Of a stretch of DNA of 64,000 nucleotides, positions 9,190 through 19,656 are shown in pieces. The DNA lies in assembly GCA_963826535.1 (NCBI GenBank), contig CAWGXL010000002.1:96654-160653 (forward strand), written 5' to 3'. How positions within the stretch are numbered: the first letter of the stretch is position 1; every line of letters starts with the position of its first letter. Source of the DNA: an uncultured bacterium. Lineage in GTDB: Bacteria; Patescibacteriota; Microgenomatia; Levybacterales; UBA12049. The position numbers were made by a program, and so were the translations under genes. A model generated the notes under the pieces. That model saw only the letters and a program-made list of their open reading frames with translations, had not been told where the DNA came from and did not search any database.

Positions 9190-10563
9190 ATGGGTGAAAA
9201 TAAATCATTTTGGCTCTTAACTTCTGCGTTGGCTATTATTCTTATTGTAGGGCTTGTAATCTCAGTGATTCAAACTAAACATAAAAAAAACGTTCGGAGC
9301 GAGGCTGAGACTACTTCCTTGCAAGGTTGTACAGTGAGCGTTGATAAATTGAAGATATCAGAAGATGAGCAAAGCCTGTTTGATCAAATCAATATCTACC
9401 GCCAGCAATACGGATTGAATACTCTGACATGGTCTGATTCTTTAATAAGAGGGGCTAGCTGGATGAGCAATGATATGCTGGCTAGCGGGTCTTTAAGTCA
9501 TATAGATTCGATGGGGCGGAATGTACCAACAAGGATATCAAATTGTGGTTATACCTCGCATACTTCATTAGGGGAAAATATTGACAGTGGAACTCGCGAC
9601 AGCCAATCAATTCTTGACGCTTGGAAACACTCCGCGAGTCAAAACGCAAATTTGTTGAGCGCAAATTTTAAAGAAGTAGGTATTGCACTAGAGTCTGATC
9701 TGGCAAAGAGTTCTCACTATTGGACATTGGATTTGGGAAGTCGCGGCATATCACCTACACCATCAATTACTCTTACTGTTGCCCCTTCAATTATCTTAAG
9801 CCCAACAGTTATAAAAACCCCAACACCCGGCCCTACCTACGTTCCTATCCCCACAGTATCCCCTACAAAGCCCTTAAACCCAACCCCTACTGTGAAGAAG
9901 CCAACTCCGACTCAGTCTGTTCCAACCGCAAAACCAACATTAATACCACTGCCTACAAATCCACCAATACCAACCGTAACACCTATTCCAACCGTGGTTC
10001 CAACTCCCACAACACCACCTGACTATGTTCCAAATCCACAAGATATGCAACTTTTTGCCACTGTAAAACTTACAGGAATTGGCAATGACGCTAATCGCAA
10101 TCCGAAACATCTAACCCGCCATGTGGTTGTCGGTATTTATGATCTGGAAAATAAATTGGTTACTGAAGGCAACGGATTCATTATTTACGATAGAATAAAT
10201 TTGTTCAGAGGTGTAATTCATTTCGGTCCTGTAGAAAATGGTACATATTTTGTAAAGATTCTCAGTGATCATTTGCTACGCGCAGATGTTCAGCCGACAT
10301 TTCAAGTTTTGGAAAAAGAACGCTTGAACATTCTTCCCGAAGTAACTCTCATACAGGGAGATATTAATGATGACAATGTAGTTAATATTAAGGATTATAA
10401 TTTAGCTTTGTCCTGCTTCCAAAGTAAAAAATGTAAGGATAAAGATAAAATAACAGAAAAAGATAGTGATAAAGAGACTATTGATTTCAATGACGATGGA
10501 CTTTCAGATGTTATAGATTACAACATTCTTCTGCATAATTACTGGGAAACACTAGGAGATTAG
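9190..10563 (+). CDS. Membrane-anchored CAP/SCP domain, Pro/Thr-rich linker and dockerin-like domain protein
   Basis: N-terminal TM; CAP motifs (INIYRQQYGL, GENI, YWTLDLG); PTPT linker; GDINDDNVVNIKDY and DFNDDGLSDVIDY. Confidence 0.85.
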   Translation: MGENKSFWLLTSALAIILIVGLVISVIQTKHKKNVRSEAETTSLQGCTVSVDKLKISEDEQSLFDQINIYRQQYGLNTLTWSDSLIRGASWMSNDMLASGSLSHIDSMGRNVPTRISNCGYTSHTSLGENIDSGTRDSQSILDAWKHSASQNANLLSANFKEVGIALESDLAKSSHYWTLDLGSRGISPTPSITLTVAPSIILSPTVIKTPTPGPTYVPIPTVSPTKPLNPTPTVKKPTPTQSVPTAKPTLIPLPTNPPIPTVTPIPTVVPTPTTPPDYVPNPQDMQLFATVKLTGIGNDANRNPKHLTRHVVVGIYDLENKLVTEGNGFIIYDRINLFRGVIHFGPVENGTYFVKILSDHLLRADVQPTFQVLEKERLNILPEVTLIQGDINDDNVVNIKDYNLALSCFQSKKCKDKDKITEKDSDKETIDFNDDGLSDVIDYNILLHNYWETLGD

Positions 10564-10566
10564 ATC

Positions 10567-12243
10567 ATGAGTCACACAAAAAAGCACTCGAGAAAAAAAC
10601 TTTTTCAAATTTTAATTGAGTACGGAATTCATCTGTGGATACTGATTTTTGTCTGCAATGTAGCTATATTTTATGGTTTTAGCTTTTTTATCAGGGCATC
10701 AACAGATACTTCTCCTCCCGCGTCTCCATCGCCTGCCCCGATTCAATCGGGGCCATCGCTGATTGCATCAGGTCTAACTCCAGTAGAGTCAGGGCTTAGC
10801 CCGGAGATTCCTTCCCCCACGCCTACTATAGTGATACCTGTTCCTACTGCTGCCGGTCCGGTTGTCAGCCTGAGCTTCAGTTTGTCAGGAATAGGTACTA
10901 ACGGAGGTAATTTAAAACCATTACACCCCGCGCGCGAAGTTTCGGTCTATCTTTATAGTCCTGATTCAAATACGGCTGCTAAAACTGTAAGACCATTGCA
11001 TACAATTAAAACTCACGCGACTTATGATGCTGATCCGAACAGTCCTACTTACACTCTTTTTGTTAATAAATATATAGATCTTGGTAGAAATGTAGGTGAG
11101 CGGGATCGTTTTCAAATTGCATTTAAAACGACGCAAACACTTACGCAGCTTATAAAAGAGCCAGGATCAAATTCTCCCGGAGGGAAAATTCTTACTACCC
11201 CTTCCTCTACAGGCATAGCATTGCCTTTGCCACATCAAGTTATGATTAGCGGAGATATATATCCCGTTTCAAATTCTAATAATATTATGGATATAAACGA
11301 TTACAATATGCTAGTAAATTGTTTTAGTAACAAAGCCAGTTCTAACCGATGTATCAGCGGTTCCAGGGCAGATCTAGATGATAATGGAGTTGTCGATGGA
11401 GTTGACTATAATATTATGCTTTTGAGTTTTAGATCATTGCTGGCACAAGGGCTACCGGTGCCAAGTCTTTTTGCACCAAAACCGGTAGCTATAAATCCTA
11501 TCATTTCAAGTCCTATTTCTCGTCTTAAATTGCCCGGCTTAAATAAAAGTAAGCTATCACCAACTCCGGTTAAAACGGGACAAATCTCTCCCACGAAAAT
11601 CCCGGTAAAGTCATCAAAGGGTGGGGGAGCCAATATATTATTAATCCTTTTTGGTTTACTTATCTTTATCGGCCTAATTTTATTTGGAGCCTTTAAGCTG
11701 CATTTGCTGGATAAATTTTTAAAAAAGATTCCCAAAGGCAATACGCCGCCGCAAACCCCGGCCGGTTCCGACTCTTCACAACCAATTCCCACAGCTGATA
11801 ATACTCCTTCAACCCCTAGTTCTCCCGATCAAATCGGGGTTGAATCGGGCTCAACTTCAAATGATACTCAAATCACTTCTCCAACCACTACTTCCGATAC
11901 TGCTACCATAAACCCGTTTGAATCGAAGCAGTCTCCTGAAACTAGCACAAACCCATTTGAACCGGGACCAACAAAAAACCCAACAGATCAGCCGGGTGCA
12001 GCAGCATCATCCACAACTGACGTTTCAGGCACTATTGAGAAGTCCGGATTTTTAAAAAAAGTAAAAGTTGATGAACAAGCAGAAGGCACTTGGGTTACTT
12101 TGGCTGATGATAGTGGTATAACTCGTGGATTATATCAGGGGACGAATGTCACTGATGGATTTGTAAAAGTTAAGGGGACAATGAAAAACGATGCGGATAA
12201 TAAGCCTTATATTTTAATTACAGAATTAACCCCCGAAGGCTAA
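10567..12243 (+). CDS. Two-TM surface protein with dockerin-like domain and Pro/Ser/Thr-rich regions
   Basis: GDI...MDINDY and ADLDDNGVVDGVDY EF-hand-like pair, two hydrophobic segments. Confidence 0.75.
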   Translation: MSHTKKHSRKKLFQILIEYGIHLWILIFVCNVAIFYGFSFFIRASTDTSPPASPSPAPIQSGPSLIASGLTPVESGLSPEIPSPTPTIVIPVPTAAGPVVSLSFSLSGIGTNGGNLKPLHPAREVSVYLYSPDSNTAAKTVRPLHTIKTHATYDADPNSPTYTLFVNKYIDLGRNVGERDRFQIAFKTTQTLTQLIKEPGSNSPGGKILTTPSSTGIALPLPHQVMISGDIYPVSNSNNIMDINDYNMLVNCFSNKASSNRCISGSRADLDDNGVVDGVDYNIMLLSFRSLLAQGLPVPSLFAPKPVAINPIISSPISRLKLPGLNKSKLSPTPVKTGQISPTKIPVKSSKGGGANILLILFGLLIFIGLILFGAFKLHLLDKFLKKIPKGNTPPQTPAGSDSSQPIPTADNTPSTPSSPDQIGVESGSTSNDTQITSPTTTSDTATINPFESKQSPETSTNPFEPGPTKNPTDQPGAAASSTTDVSGTIEKSGFLKKVKVDEQAEGTWVTLADDSGITRGLYQGTNVTDGFVKVKGTMKNDADNKPYILITELTPEG

Positions 12244-12503
12244 ATTCATCAAAAACTCCTGAAATCTCTTTGTAAAGATTATGTAATCCATATATCAAGC
12301 CGAATTTCCCTATTCATATTACAATATCTTCAATATAAGGAGGAATTATGCAATTACTTAATCAATTAATAGAAATTTTATTTGCTTCGGGTAGGACAGA
12401 TGAGTCTGATAAATATATGAAGCTATTTTCTAAACGGGAGCGGAGGAAGGAGATTTCAAAATTGTATCCAATATTCTAATACAAGATTGAAATGAAACAA
12501 AAA

Positions 12504-13115
12504 TCACAGGAATTTTGTCAAATTAAACGACATGCGGTGAAGCGTACTTAATCCGTATTTTCTGATGGCCTCCTGGTGTTTTTTGGTTCCATAGCCCTTG
12601 TTTTGTGAGAAATTATATTGAGGATAGTTTTCGTGAAGTTTAACCATGAGCGCGTCCCGATAGACTTTGGCGATTATTGATGCGGCAGCAATAGAAATAC
12701 TTTTACCATCGCCGTGAACAATAGGTTTCTGGTTTTTTCTGTCTAAATTATCAATATAAAATGCGTCAATTAAAATATATTCAGGCGATTTAGTAAGCAT
12801 TTTAACCGCTTGCTCAAATGCTTTTTGTGTAGCTTTTCCAATGCCGATCTGATTGATCACTTCGACTGAGATTTGAGCGATAGAAAAGCTTACGGCATAT
12901 TTTTTAATTATTTTAGCCAGTTTGACGCGTTTATCAGGAGCAAGTAGTTTGGAATCATTGATCTCGTCAGTGGCATTAAACTCCTGAGGCAGAATTACTG
13001 CTGCCGCGACTACCGGTCCTGCGAAACAACCCCGGCCGACTTCATCTACACCGGCGATATATTTGTAGCCATTTTGCCAGAGAAGATTTTCTTCGTCAAG
13101 TGTAGGCTTTGTCAT
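12504..13115 (-). CDS. rnhB: Ribonuclease HII
   Basis: AGVDEVGRGCFAGPVVAAAVIL, DSK, SIAAASIIAKVYRD, NKGYGT. Confidence 0.96.
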   Translation of the reverse strand: MTKPTLDEENLLWQNGYKYIAGVDEVGRGCFAGPVVAAAVILPQEFNATDEINDSKLLAPDKRVKLAKIIKKYAVSFSIAQISVEVINQIGIGKATQKAFEQAVKMLTKSPEYILIDAFYIDNLDRKNQKPIVHGDGKSISIAAASIIAKVYRDALMVKLHENYPQYNFSQNKGYGTKKHQEAIRKYGLSTLHRMSFNLTKFL

Positions 13116-13120
13116 AAATA

Positions 13121-14254
13121 TTATTTACCTTCTTCCAACAATTCTAATCCCTGTATCTGTGGCACCGCTGCGGCGAGGATTCCTTTTAAGTCACCATGCA
13201 TGCCATATGTACTGTCAATTACCTGACGGATATTTTTTTCATCCCTTGCCCACTTATTGGAAAAATAGCGTTTTTCCTTTTCAACTTCCTGCTGCATATT
13301 TGTAAATGCCTCAATTATCGCTTCAATGCGGTTTTTGAATTCTGTTCCGGTCAGGTAAGCATACAACGCTTCCATTTTGACGTCTTTACCTTTCAAAGAA
13401 TTTTTAATTATGATTTGTTGAATAAGTTTAACCCGCAATGAATCTGTCAGTGGTAATACGAAGTTTCGCTGTGTGACCCAGACTCCATTTCGAAATCCTG
13501 CAACTTTAATATTGCCCGGCATTGCTTCTGTTATAAGTACCGCTTCATCGGCATTTATGGCACGCTTGTCTGCTTTTAATTTATCAATCCACGGTTCGCT
13601 CCAGGTTCTGGTATTTTTTAATTCCCAAATAATTTTGCCCGCATATTTACCATTACTGTCCCACACTTCCTGTACAATATCCGCGCCTTTTATCCCTTTA
13701 CCCACCGGCATAATTTTGTCATGCGGATATTGTTGTTGAAGCATTTGCTCAAATGACAATTCAAATACTTCCCCTTGATTCTGTTGTGATCCTTGTGTGA
13801 GTTTGCGTTTGGCATCTTCAAGTTCTTTCAGTGTATCCTGCAACTGCTTATCCTTTTCAAGAATTTTTAAATGTTGGGCTTCTTCCGCTTTTTTTTGTTC
13901 TTCCTGGCGGATTTTCTCTTCTTCACTGGCTAATTTTTTATGCATCTCCAATTCTCTTTGTTGGTCTTTGTCTTTTAGTTGCCTTATTAACTTGGTCATT
14001 TCCAAGAGTTGGGATTGAAGCATCTCAGCTTTTTTCTTATTTTCTTCCGATTCGTTTTGGGAATCCTTAAACTTGAACTCAAATTCTTTTCTGAATCGCA
14101 ATTCTGTTTCCTTTTTAATATCTTCTTTTTGTTTCTCAAGCTCTTGAACATGCTTGCTCTTAAACTCTCCAGCTACTTCCTCTTTGAGTTGATGCTTGAG
14201 CGCCTGACTAATTTCTACCTGTTTGCCGCAATGCGGACACAATACAAAGTTCAT
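13121..14254 (-). CDS. DUF2130 coiled-coil protein
   Basis: N-terminal CPHC, coiled coil, GSQQNQGEVFE, GKIIWELKNTRTWSEPWIDKLK. Confidence 0.85.
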   Translation of the reverse strand: MNFVLCPHCGKQVEISQALKHQLKEEVAGEFKSKHVQELEKQKEDIKKETELRFRKEFEFKFKDSQNESEENKKKAEMLQSQLLEMTKLIRQLKDKDQQRELEMHKKLASEEEKIRQEEQKKAEEAQHLKILEKDKQLQDTLKELEDAKRKLTQGSQQNQGEVFELSFEQMLQQQYPHDKIMPVGKGIKGADIVQEVWDSNGKYAGKIIWELKNTRTWSEPWIDKLKADKRAINADEAVLITEAMPGNIKVAGFRNGVWVTQRNFVLPLTDSLRVKLIQQIIIKNSLKGKDVKMEALYAYLTGTEFKNRIEAIIEAFTNMQQEVEKEKRYFSNKWARDEKNIRQVIDSTYGMHGDLKGILAAAVPQIQGLELLEEGK

Positions 14255-14351
14255 AGTTTTTAAGTATTCACTATCATAATGCTAAATTTGATATTGCGCA
14301 AGTGCAAAAACAAAAAGTTATTGATTGGAAAATAACGAATGAGTAATGAGG

Positions 14352-14630
14352 TTATGCCGGCCAGACTTGTTCTCCGGTTTCAGTATCGGTAATTACGATA
14401 GCCTTAGTTGGACAGGCTTGTGCTGCAAGTAGAATCATCTCAGCGGCATCTGTACTGTCTGCTTTTACTGTTGACTTGTGTTCGCTGTCCAATTCAAAAG
14501 TCATAGGCGCAACCGCCAAGCAGGATGCGGCTCCAATACAAGTATCCCGAAGCACTTTTATCTTATATTTTCCTACTGTAACTTCCTTATCCTCTGAAAG
14601 CTTACCTGGCTGGCTAGGTTGATCATTCAT
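14352..14630 (-). CDS. Small monocluster ferredoxin ([3Fe-4S]/[4Fe-4S])
   Basis: CIGAASC...CPTKAI. Likely start is ATG 14630. Confidence 0.85.
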   Translation of the reverse strand: MNDQPSQPGKLSEDKEVTVGKYKIKVLRDTCIGAASCLAVAPMTFELDSEHKSTVKADSTDAAEMILLAAQACPTKAIVITDTETGEQVWPA

Positions 14631-14685
14631 TTTTTTCAGTATAAATAGTTTAAAAAAAAATTGCAATAGGTTATAATATTATCGG

Positions 14686-15828
14686 ATGCGAAAATTTTAT
14701 AAAATACTTAGACTTGGCCGAACTCGGCCGGTATTTATTTATAGTTTTTCATTAATTACGACACTCTTTACATTTATCCTTGTAAGTTTATTAATTTATA
14801 GCATCCACGATGCCAGTCATTTTCTCTTTTTTATTCTTCCGGTAATTCTTAACGCCTGGTACGGCGGAATAAGGCCAGGGCTACTAACAGTATTTATTAG
14901 TACAATAGCTGTCTTCATGCTATTTTTAATTCCAATGTACCAATCATTTTTATTGTTAAACGATGCTTTCTATTTAGATTTAGTAAACTACATCCTTATT
15001 GGAGTTTTAGTTAGTTTTGTTATTGATTTTCATAAACAACCGGATCAATCAATTGCCTACGAAAAACTAATTCAAGAATATATTCACCTTCTCGCAAAGT
15101 TAGACAAAAATTATAAGAAAGCGCAGGAGGAAATTATAGCGCGTGATGAATTTCTGGCTGTTGCATCTCATGAATTAAAAACCCCGGTAACATCAATGCT
15201 ACTTCAGGTCCAAGCCGCTCTTCATAATATACGAAACGTATCACTGGCAAAGTTTTCGGTTGCTAACCTTTTACAAATGCTCAATAGCACAGAGCAGCAG
15301 AGCAAAAGACTTTCCAAAATGGTGAATGATCTTCTAAACACCTCGCTTATTACGACTGGGAGGTTAGAGCTGGAACTTGAAAATGTTGATTTGGCGAAGA
15401 CTGCACGTGATGTCAGTCATAGATTTTCTGAAAAACTAAAAAAAGAACACATAGACTTACTTCTTACAGCGGATAAGCCTATTTTTGGCCAATTGGATAA
15501 GCTTAGAATTGAACAAGTAGTTACAAATCTGCTCTCTAATGCGATTAAGTATGGTGGCGGAAAGCTGATTAAGCTTAGTGTTACAAATTCAAATTCCCGA
15601 GGTCATATCATTGTTCAAGATCAAGGTATTGGAATCCCGGCGGATCTTCAGGAGAAAATTTTCGGCCGTTTCAAAAGGGGAGTCTCGCCAAATGAATATA
15701 GGGGATTAGGTGTAGGATTGTATATAACAGATCAAATTGTAAAAGCTCACAAAGGCAAAATTAATGTAACTAGTAAAGAAGGAAAAGGTACAACCTTTAC
15801 TATAGAATTGCCGTTAAAAAGAACATAA
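14686..15828 (+). CDS. Membrane sensor histidine kinase (DUF4118-like TM region)
   Basis: TM segments with AWYGGIRPGL, ASHELKTP, NLLSNAIKY, GLGVGLYI. Confidence 0.92.
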   Translation: MRKFYKILRLGRTRPVFIYSFSLITTLFTFILVSLLIYSIHDASHFLFFILPVILNAWYGGIRPGLLTVFISTIAVFMLFLIPMYQSFLLLNDAFYLDLVNYILIGVLVSFVIDFHKQPDQSIAYEKLIQEYIHLLAKLDKNYKKAQEEIIARDEFLAVASHELKTPVTSMLLQVQAALHNIRNVSLAKFSVANLLQMLNSTEQQSKRLSKMVNDLLNTSLITTGRLELELENVDLAKTARDVSHRFSEKLKKEHIDLLLTADKPIFGQLDKLRIEQVVTNLLSNAIKYGGGKLIKLSVTNSNSRGHIIVQDQGIGIPADLQEKIFGRFKRGVSPNEYRGLGVGLYITDQIVKAHKGKINVTSKEGKGTTFTIELPLKRT

Positions 15829-15837
15829 AAAATTTAT

Positions 15838-16545
15838 ATGATTGTAAAAATAAAAGAAAAAAAAGAAATTGCCAAGGGAACATTAATGGTTGTTTTTGAT
15901 TTATTAGGCCAAGAATTAAATTTCAAACCCGGACAATTTAGTAAAGTAACACTTATAAATCCACCATACAGTGACGATCGCGGAAACAATCGCTTTTTGG
16001 GATTTACAACTAGTCCTTCTGATAAAGGGTCTTTCGCAATTGTGACAAGAATGGGAATTTCTGCTTTTAAAAGATCATTAGCTGAGCTTCCCATTGGAAC
16101 AGAAGTAGAAATTGGAGGTATCGATGGACGAATTAATCTACCTGAAGATCGTAACCAACCTCTGGTATATGTAACAGGTGGCATTGGAATTACGCCAATT
16201 ATGGGAATACTCAGATTTTGTCACGGAAACTCATGGCCCTACACAATCACTCTGGTATTCTCAAATAAAAATCGTGAATCCGCTCCCTTTTTTGAGGAAC
16301 TCGAAGGTTTTACAAAAGAAACTAAAAAATTCCATTTGATTGCCACCATGACGCAAGATCCGCAGTGGCCTGGAGAAAAACGAAAAATAAACGCGCAATT
16401 CATAAAAGATTATTTTCCTCAACCCGAAAAAAATATCTATTTTGTAACCGGAACCCCTAGATTTGTGCCAAATGTTTTCCTTGAAATAAAAAATGCAGGC
16501 GTGCCTATACAAAATATAAAAATGGAAATATTTACAGGATATTAA
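15838..16545 (+). CDS. FAD/NAD(P)-binding ferredoxin reductase-like oxidoreductase
   Basis: FKPGQF, GGIGITP, C-terminal EIFTGY. Confidence 0.88.
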   Translation: MIVKIKEKKEIAKGTLMVVFDLLGQELNFKPGQFSKVTLINPPYSDDRGNNRFLGFTTSPSDKGSFAIVTRMGISAFKRSLAELPIGTEVEIGGIDGRINLPEDRNQPLVYVTGGIGITPIMGILRFCHGNSWPYTITLVFSNKNRESAPFFEELEGFTKETKKFHLIATMTQDPQWPGEKRKINAQFIKDYFPQPEKNIYFVTGTPRFVPNVFLEIKNAGVPIQNIKMEIFTGY

Positions 16546-16548
16546 ATT

Positions 16549-16591
16549 AAATCCCCCTTCGCCCCCTTTAATAAAGGGGGTTGGGGGATTT
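16549..16591. repeat. GC-rich nested palindrome (REP-like element or terminator)
   Basis: aaatccccc-ttcg-cccccttt-aat-aaaggggg-tt-gggggattt directly after the reductase stop. Confidence 0.65.
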
Positions 16592-16636
16592 TTAGCTTGA
16601 CATTTTTAAGTCTTTAGACTAATCTCTATTTAATAT

Positions 16637-17458
16637 ATGCCCGGGACTGCCCAGCCTCTCATTTTACCTACTGGAAAAAAGCCGAAACTTGTTTCGAATA
16701 AAAGCAAACTTTTTTTAGTCTGTATTATCATTCTTACTACTTATCTATCCGGAAAAATTACTATTTTAAACGAAATAGGAAAACACGGACAAACATTTCA
16801 AGAATTAGAAAGAGAAATTTCATCTGTTGCTTCTGCTCGGGCAAGTCAGGATTTTTCGTCAAAAGGTACTCTGGAAAATAAAACTGATACTGATAAATTT
16901 CAAATTAAACAAATCGCAATCGGCCAAAAAGCATCTCCAGCTTTAGATCAATCCGCCTCACCCCAGCGAATTTTGGGGGAAAGGGAGATTACGGACGCTC
17001 CGGCAGGGAATATATGGGGGATAGCGACAAAAATTGATACTCATACCTATACAATGCAAGTACAGGCAGACAGTGTTATGGCAAATCCGAAAGAAATACT
17101 AACCGCTTTGAATAATTATCGTAAGCAGCACGGCAGCGGAGAGCTTGTATGGGATGATAAACTCGCGGATTTTGCCAAAAAGCGCGCTGAATTTTTTACC
17201 GAAAAAGATAATCTCGATAATCATAAAGGTTTTTTAGATTATCTTAACAATCAGGATGGATTCAAAAAATTAGGCTTCTCAAGTATTGGAGAAAACTCGA
17301 GTATTGGATTTACTTTAAATGGAGTACATCTCATAGAATGGGTTTATGCCGGCGACGAAGAACACGATGGAAACCAGTTAAACACTGAATGGCATTACGC
17401 CGGCATTGGAATTAATGGTAATGCTACAGATCTCGTCTTTGCAGGACATAAATTATAA
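16637..17458 (+). CDS. CAP/SCP-domain secreted protein
   Basis: N-terminal TM, LNNYRKQHG, LADFAKKRA, IGENSS, YAGIGI. Confidence 0.8.
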   Translation: MPGTAQPLILPTGKKPKLVSNKSKLFLVCIIILTTYLSGKITILNEIGKHGQTFQELEREISSVASARASQDFSSKGTLENKTDTDKFQIKQIAIGQKASPALDQSASPQRILGEREITDAPAGNIWGIATKIDTHTYTMQVQADSVMANPKEILTALNNYRKQHGSGELVWDDKLADFAKKRAEFFTEKDNLDNHKGFLDYLNNQDGFKKLGFSSIGENSSIGFTLNGVHLIEWVYAGDEEHDGNQLNTEWHYAGIGINGNATDLVFAGHKL

Positions 17459-17700
17459 TAGAAACTCCTTAATCCTTTTTACATTTCTCTTACTGATCTA
17501 TCATGTTTTTTTTATCCCTCTGCCTTAATATAAATTTATTATAAAACACTTGAGAAATATCACTATTTTTGGTAACGGTTTTCTCGGGTTAAAATTATGA
17601 AAGAAGCAGTTTTTAATCATCTTGTAAGACTATTACAAAGTGACTTATTTTCTTCATTCCGTAAAGTCTGGACAGCCCAGGTAAGATAGGGTATGTTGTA

Positions 17701-19158
17701 TTACTTCTTGTAGTCTACTCTTTCAAATAAATAAAAGTGCTCACTTCTGAACTTCACTTTATGAGTTTTACTTGATAGTAAGATAGGAATAAGTTCATTT
17801 TCGTATTCCTTTGGTTCATAATTACCAATAATTCTGTTTTGAGTTATTAAAGCAATAAACTGTGCCGATCGGGTTGCACTCGGCACAAACCAGACATTAC
17901 TTCTATGATTTACATGAGGCCTTACTTCCAAGGAAGCAGTTATTGATGCATCTTTGGGTATACTTTGTAGCTCTTTTTCAAACGCTTTATCTTCTTCTGT
18001 TACATTATAAATAAAACACCAGCATGATGGTGTTGTCGGGAGCGGACTATAATGGTAGTTTACCCGTAATGCTACTAGAACCATTCCCATGCACACCAAG
18101 TACATTATGTATTTGGAGTACGGTTTGACTTTTTTTATTTTGACCAAAAACCAAGAAAGATATGAAAAACCAAATATGGTAGCAATAACCAAAGATGGGA
18201 TTATTCCGGTTCCATAATGAAAAACGATATTCTTCGTGTCTCTAAGTACATTTATTAAAACTGACGGAAGAGACATTAAAATCCATGGCAGCCCCAAAAT
18301 AGGGATGAAGGCAAATGGTTTCAAAAGTAATGAATAATAATCCCTAGACTCCTTATCTAAAAGGAATGTATTCAAAAAATTTATAGGATTAACTTTATTT
18401 AAGACAGTAGATGGAACTATTTCTTGATCGTATTCTTTAAGTGCCCAGTGTATGCTATCAGGGCTAAAACCAGGCATGACAACAAATACCATTAGTATAA
18501 ACCAAAATATTCCACCAATAAAAGTTACAAGACCTATTTTTCTGTTTTTAAATACAAAAAATATCGCAAGCCCCATCATTGCAATATTTAAGGATTGATT
18601 TTCTTTTGTAAGAATGGCGAGGAGAACAAACATACTATACAGCACCCATCTTTTCGTATATGCAAAGTAAAAAGCGAATAAGAAAAATGGGACAACGAGA
18701 GACACCGGGTGAAAATCATAAATGTTAGTCCAAATCATCGGAGGATTTAGTAGAAATACCAAGACGATAGTGAGAGAAGCAATTTTATTTTTAAGAATTT
18801 TATATGCAAGAAGATAAGTAGGAATTCCGCCTAGCCCAAGAAAAAAAGCTTGAGATATAAGAAGTATACGCACGTCATCCCAGATAAGATAAAGAGGAGA
18901 TAGAAGAATTAAGATGAAGTCCGCATGGACCGATAACCGAGAAACATAATCATCATGAAACCGCAAAGAAAAGAAATTACCATACATCGTATTCCAGACA
19001 GTATGATCCATATTCGAGAGGTCAAAATTTGAAGCAAAGGCATTGTGGCGCAATATAGAAAATACTGAAAGCGTAACAACGTAGATAGTGATAAATAATA
19101 CAAGAAGAATCTTATCCCAATGTCTTCTGAGAAGCTTTGAATTAATCTTAATATTCAT
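17701..19158 (-). CDS. DUF2079 multi-TM membrane protein (GT-C-like)
   Basis: FDLSNMDHTVWN, HADFILILLSPLY, DFHP, LTKE motifs. Confidence 0.8.
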   Translation of the reverse strand: MNIKINSKLLRRHWDKILLVLFITIYVVTLSVFSILRHNAFASNFDLSNMDHTVWNTMYGNFFSLRFHDDYVSRLSVHADFILILLSPLYLIWDDVRILLISQAFFLGLGGIPTYLLAYKILKNKIASLTIVLVFLLNPPMIWTNIYDFHPVSLVVPFFLFAFYFAYTKRWVLYSMFVLLAILTKENQSLNIAMMGLAIFFVFKNRKIGLVTFIGGIFWFILMVFVVMPGFSPDSIHWALKEYDQEIVPSTVLNKVNPINFLNTFLLDKESRDYYSLLLKPFAFIPILGLPWILMSLPSVLINVLRDTKNIVFHYGTGIIPSLVIATIFGFSYLSWFLVKIKKVKPYSKYIMYLVCMGMVLVALRVNYHYSPLPTTPSCWCFIYNVTEEDKAFEKELQSIPKDASITASLEVRPHVNHRSNVWFVPSATRSAQFIALITQNRIIGNYEPKEYENELIPILLSSKTHKVKFRSEHFYLFERVDYKK

Positions 19159-19279
19159 ACTAATGTTTAATTACAACAGATACAAAAGAATAACAAGATT
19201 AGAATTTTATTGACAACACAATTTATTATAGCAACCAGATTAATTAGTATCTATATAGTAAGAGGCTTTCTAATCATCT

Positions 19280-19645
19280 CTATCTTTGTAGATTTTCCTT
19301 TATTCGAAATATAACAATTTTTCTCACTAAATCATATGGAATCGGCTTTCCTATCGGGAATCTTACCGAGCCCTTTGCTCCCTTATAAGGAGATAATTCT
19401 TTTTTAAATGCTTCATTGCCTGAGGGTGTGGCATAAAATCCGATATGATTTTTCCATGCTGCAAAATATACCAAATTCCTGCCATTTAGTTTGAATGCGG
19501 GCATTTGATAGCTAATTGTCTCTACAGCTTCAGGCGCCGCGTTTCGTATAGTCTCCCTTATTTTTTCAAGAATGCTTTGTATGTCTTCCGGGAAGGTTTT
19601 AATGTATTCATCTATCGTGTTTATGCCTTTTTTATTTGCATTCAT
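19280..19645 (-). CDS. DUF1801 (YdhG-like) protein
   Basis: TIDEYI, APEAVETISYQMPAF, FAAWKNHIGFY. Confidence 0.88.
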   Translation of the reverse strand: MNANKKGINTIDEYIKTFPEDIQSILEKIRETIRNAAPEAVETISYQMPAFKLNGRNLVYFAAWKNHIGFYATPSGNEAFKKELSPYKGAKGSVRFPIGKPIPYDLVRKIVIFRIKENLQR

Positions 19646-19656
19646 AAATTCTCGTT

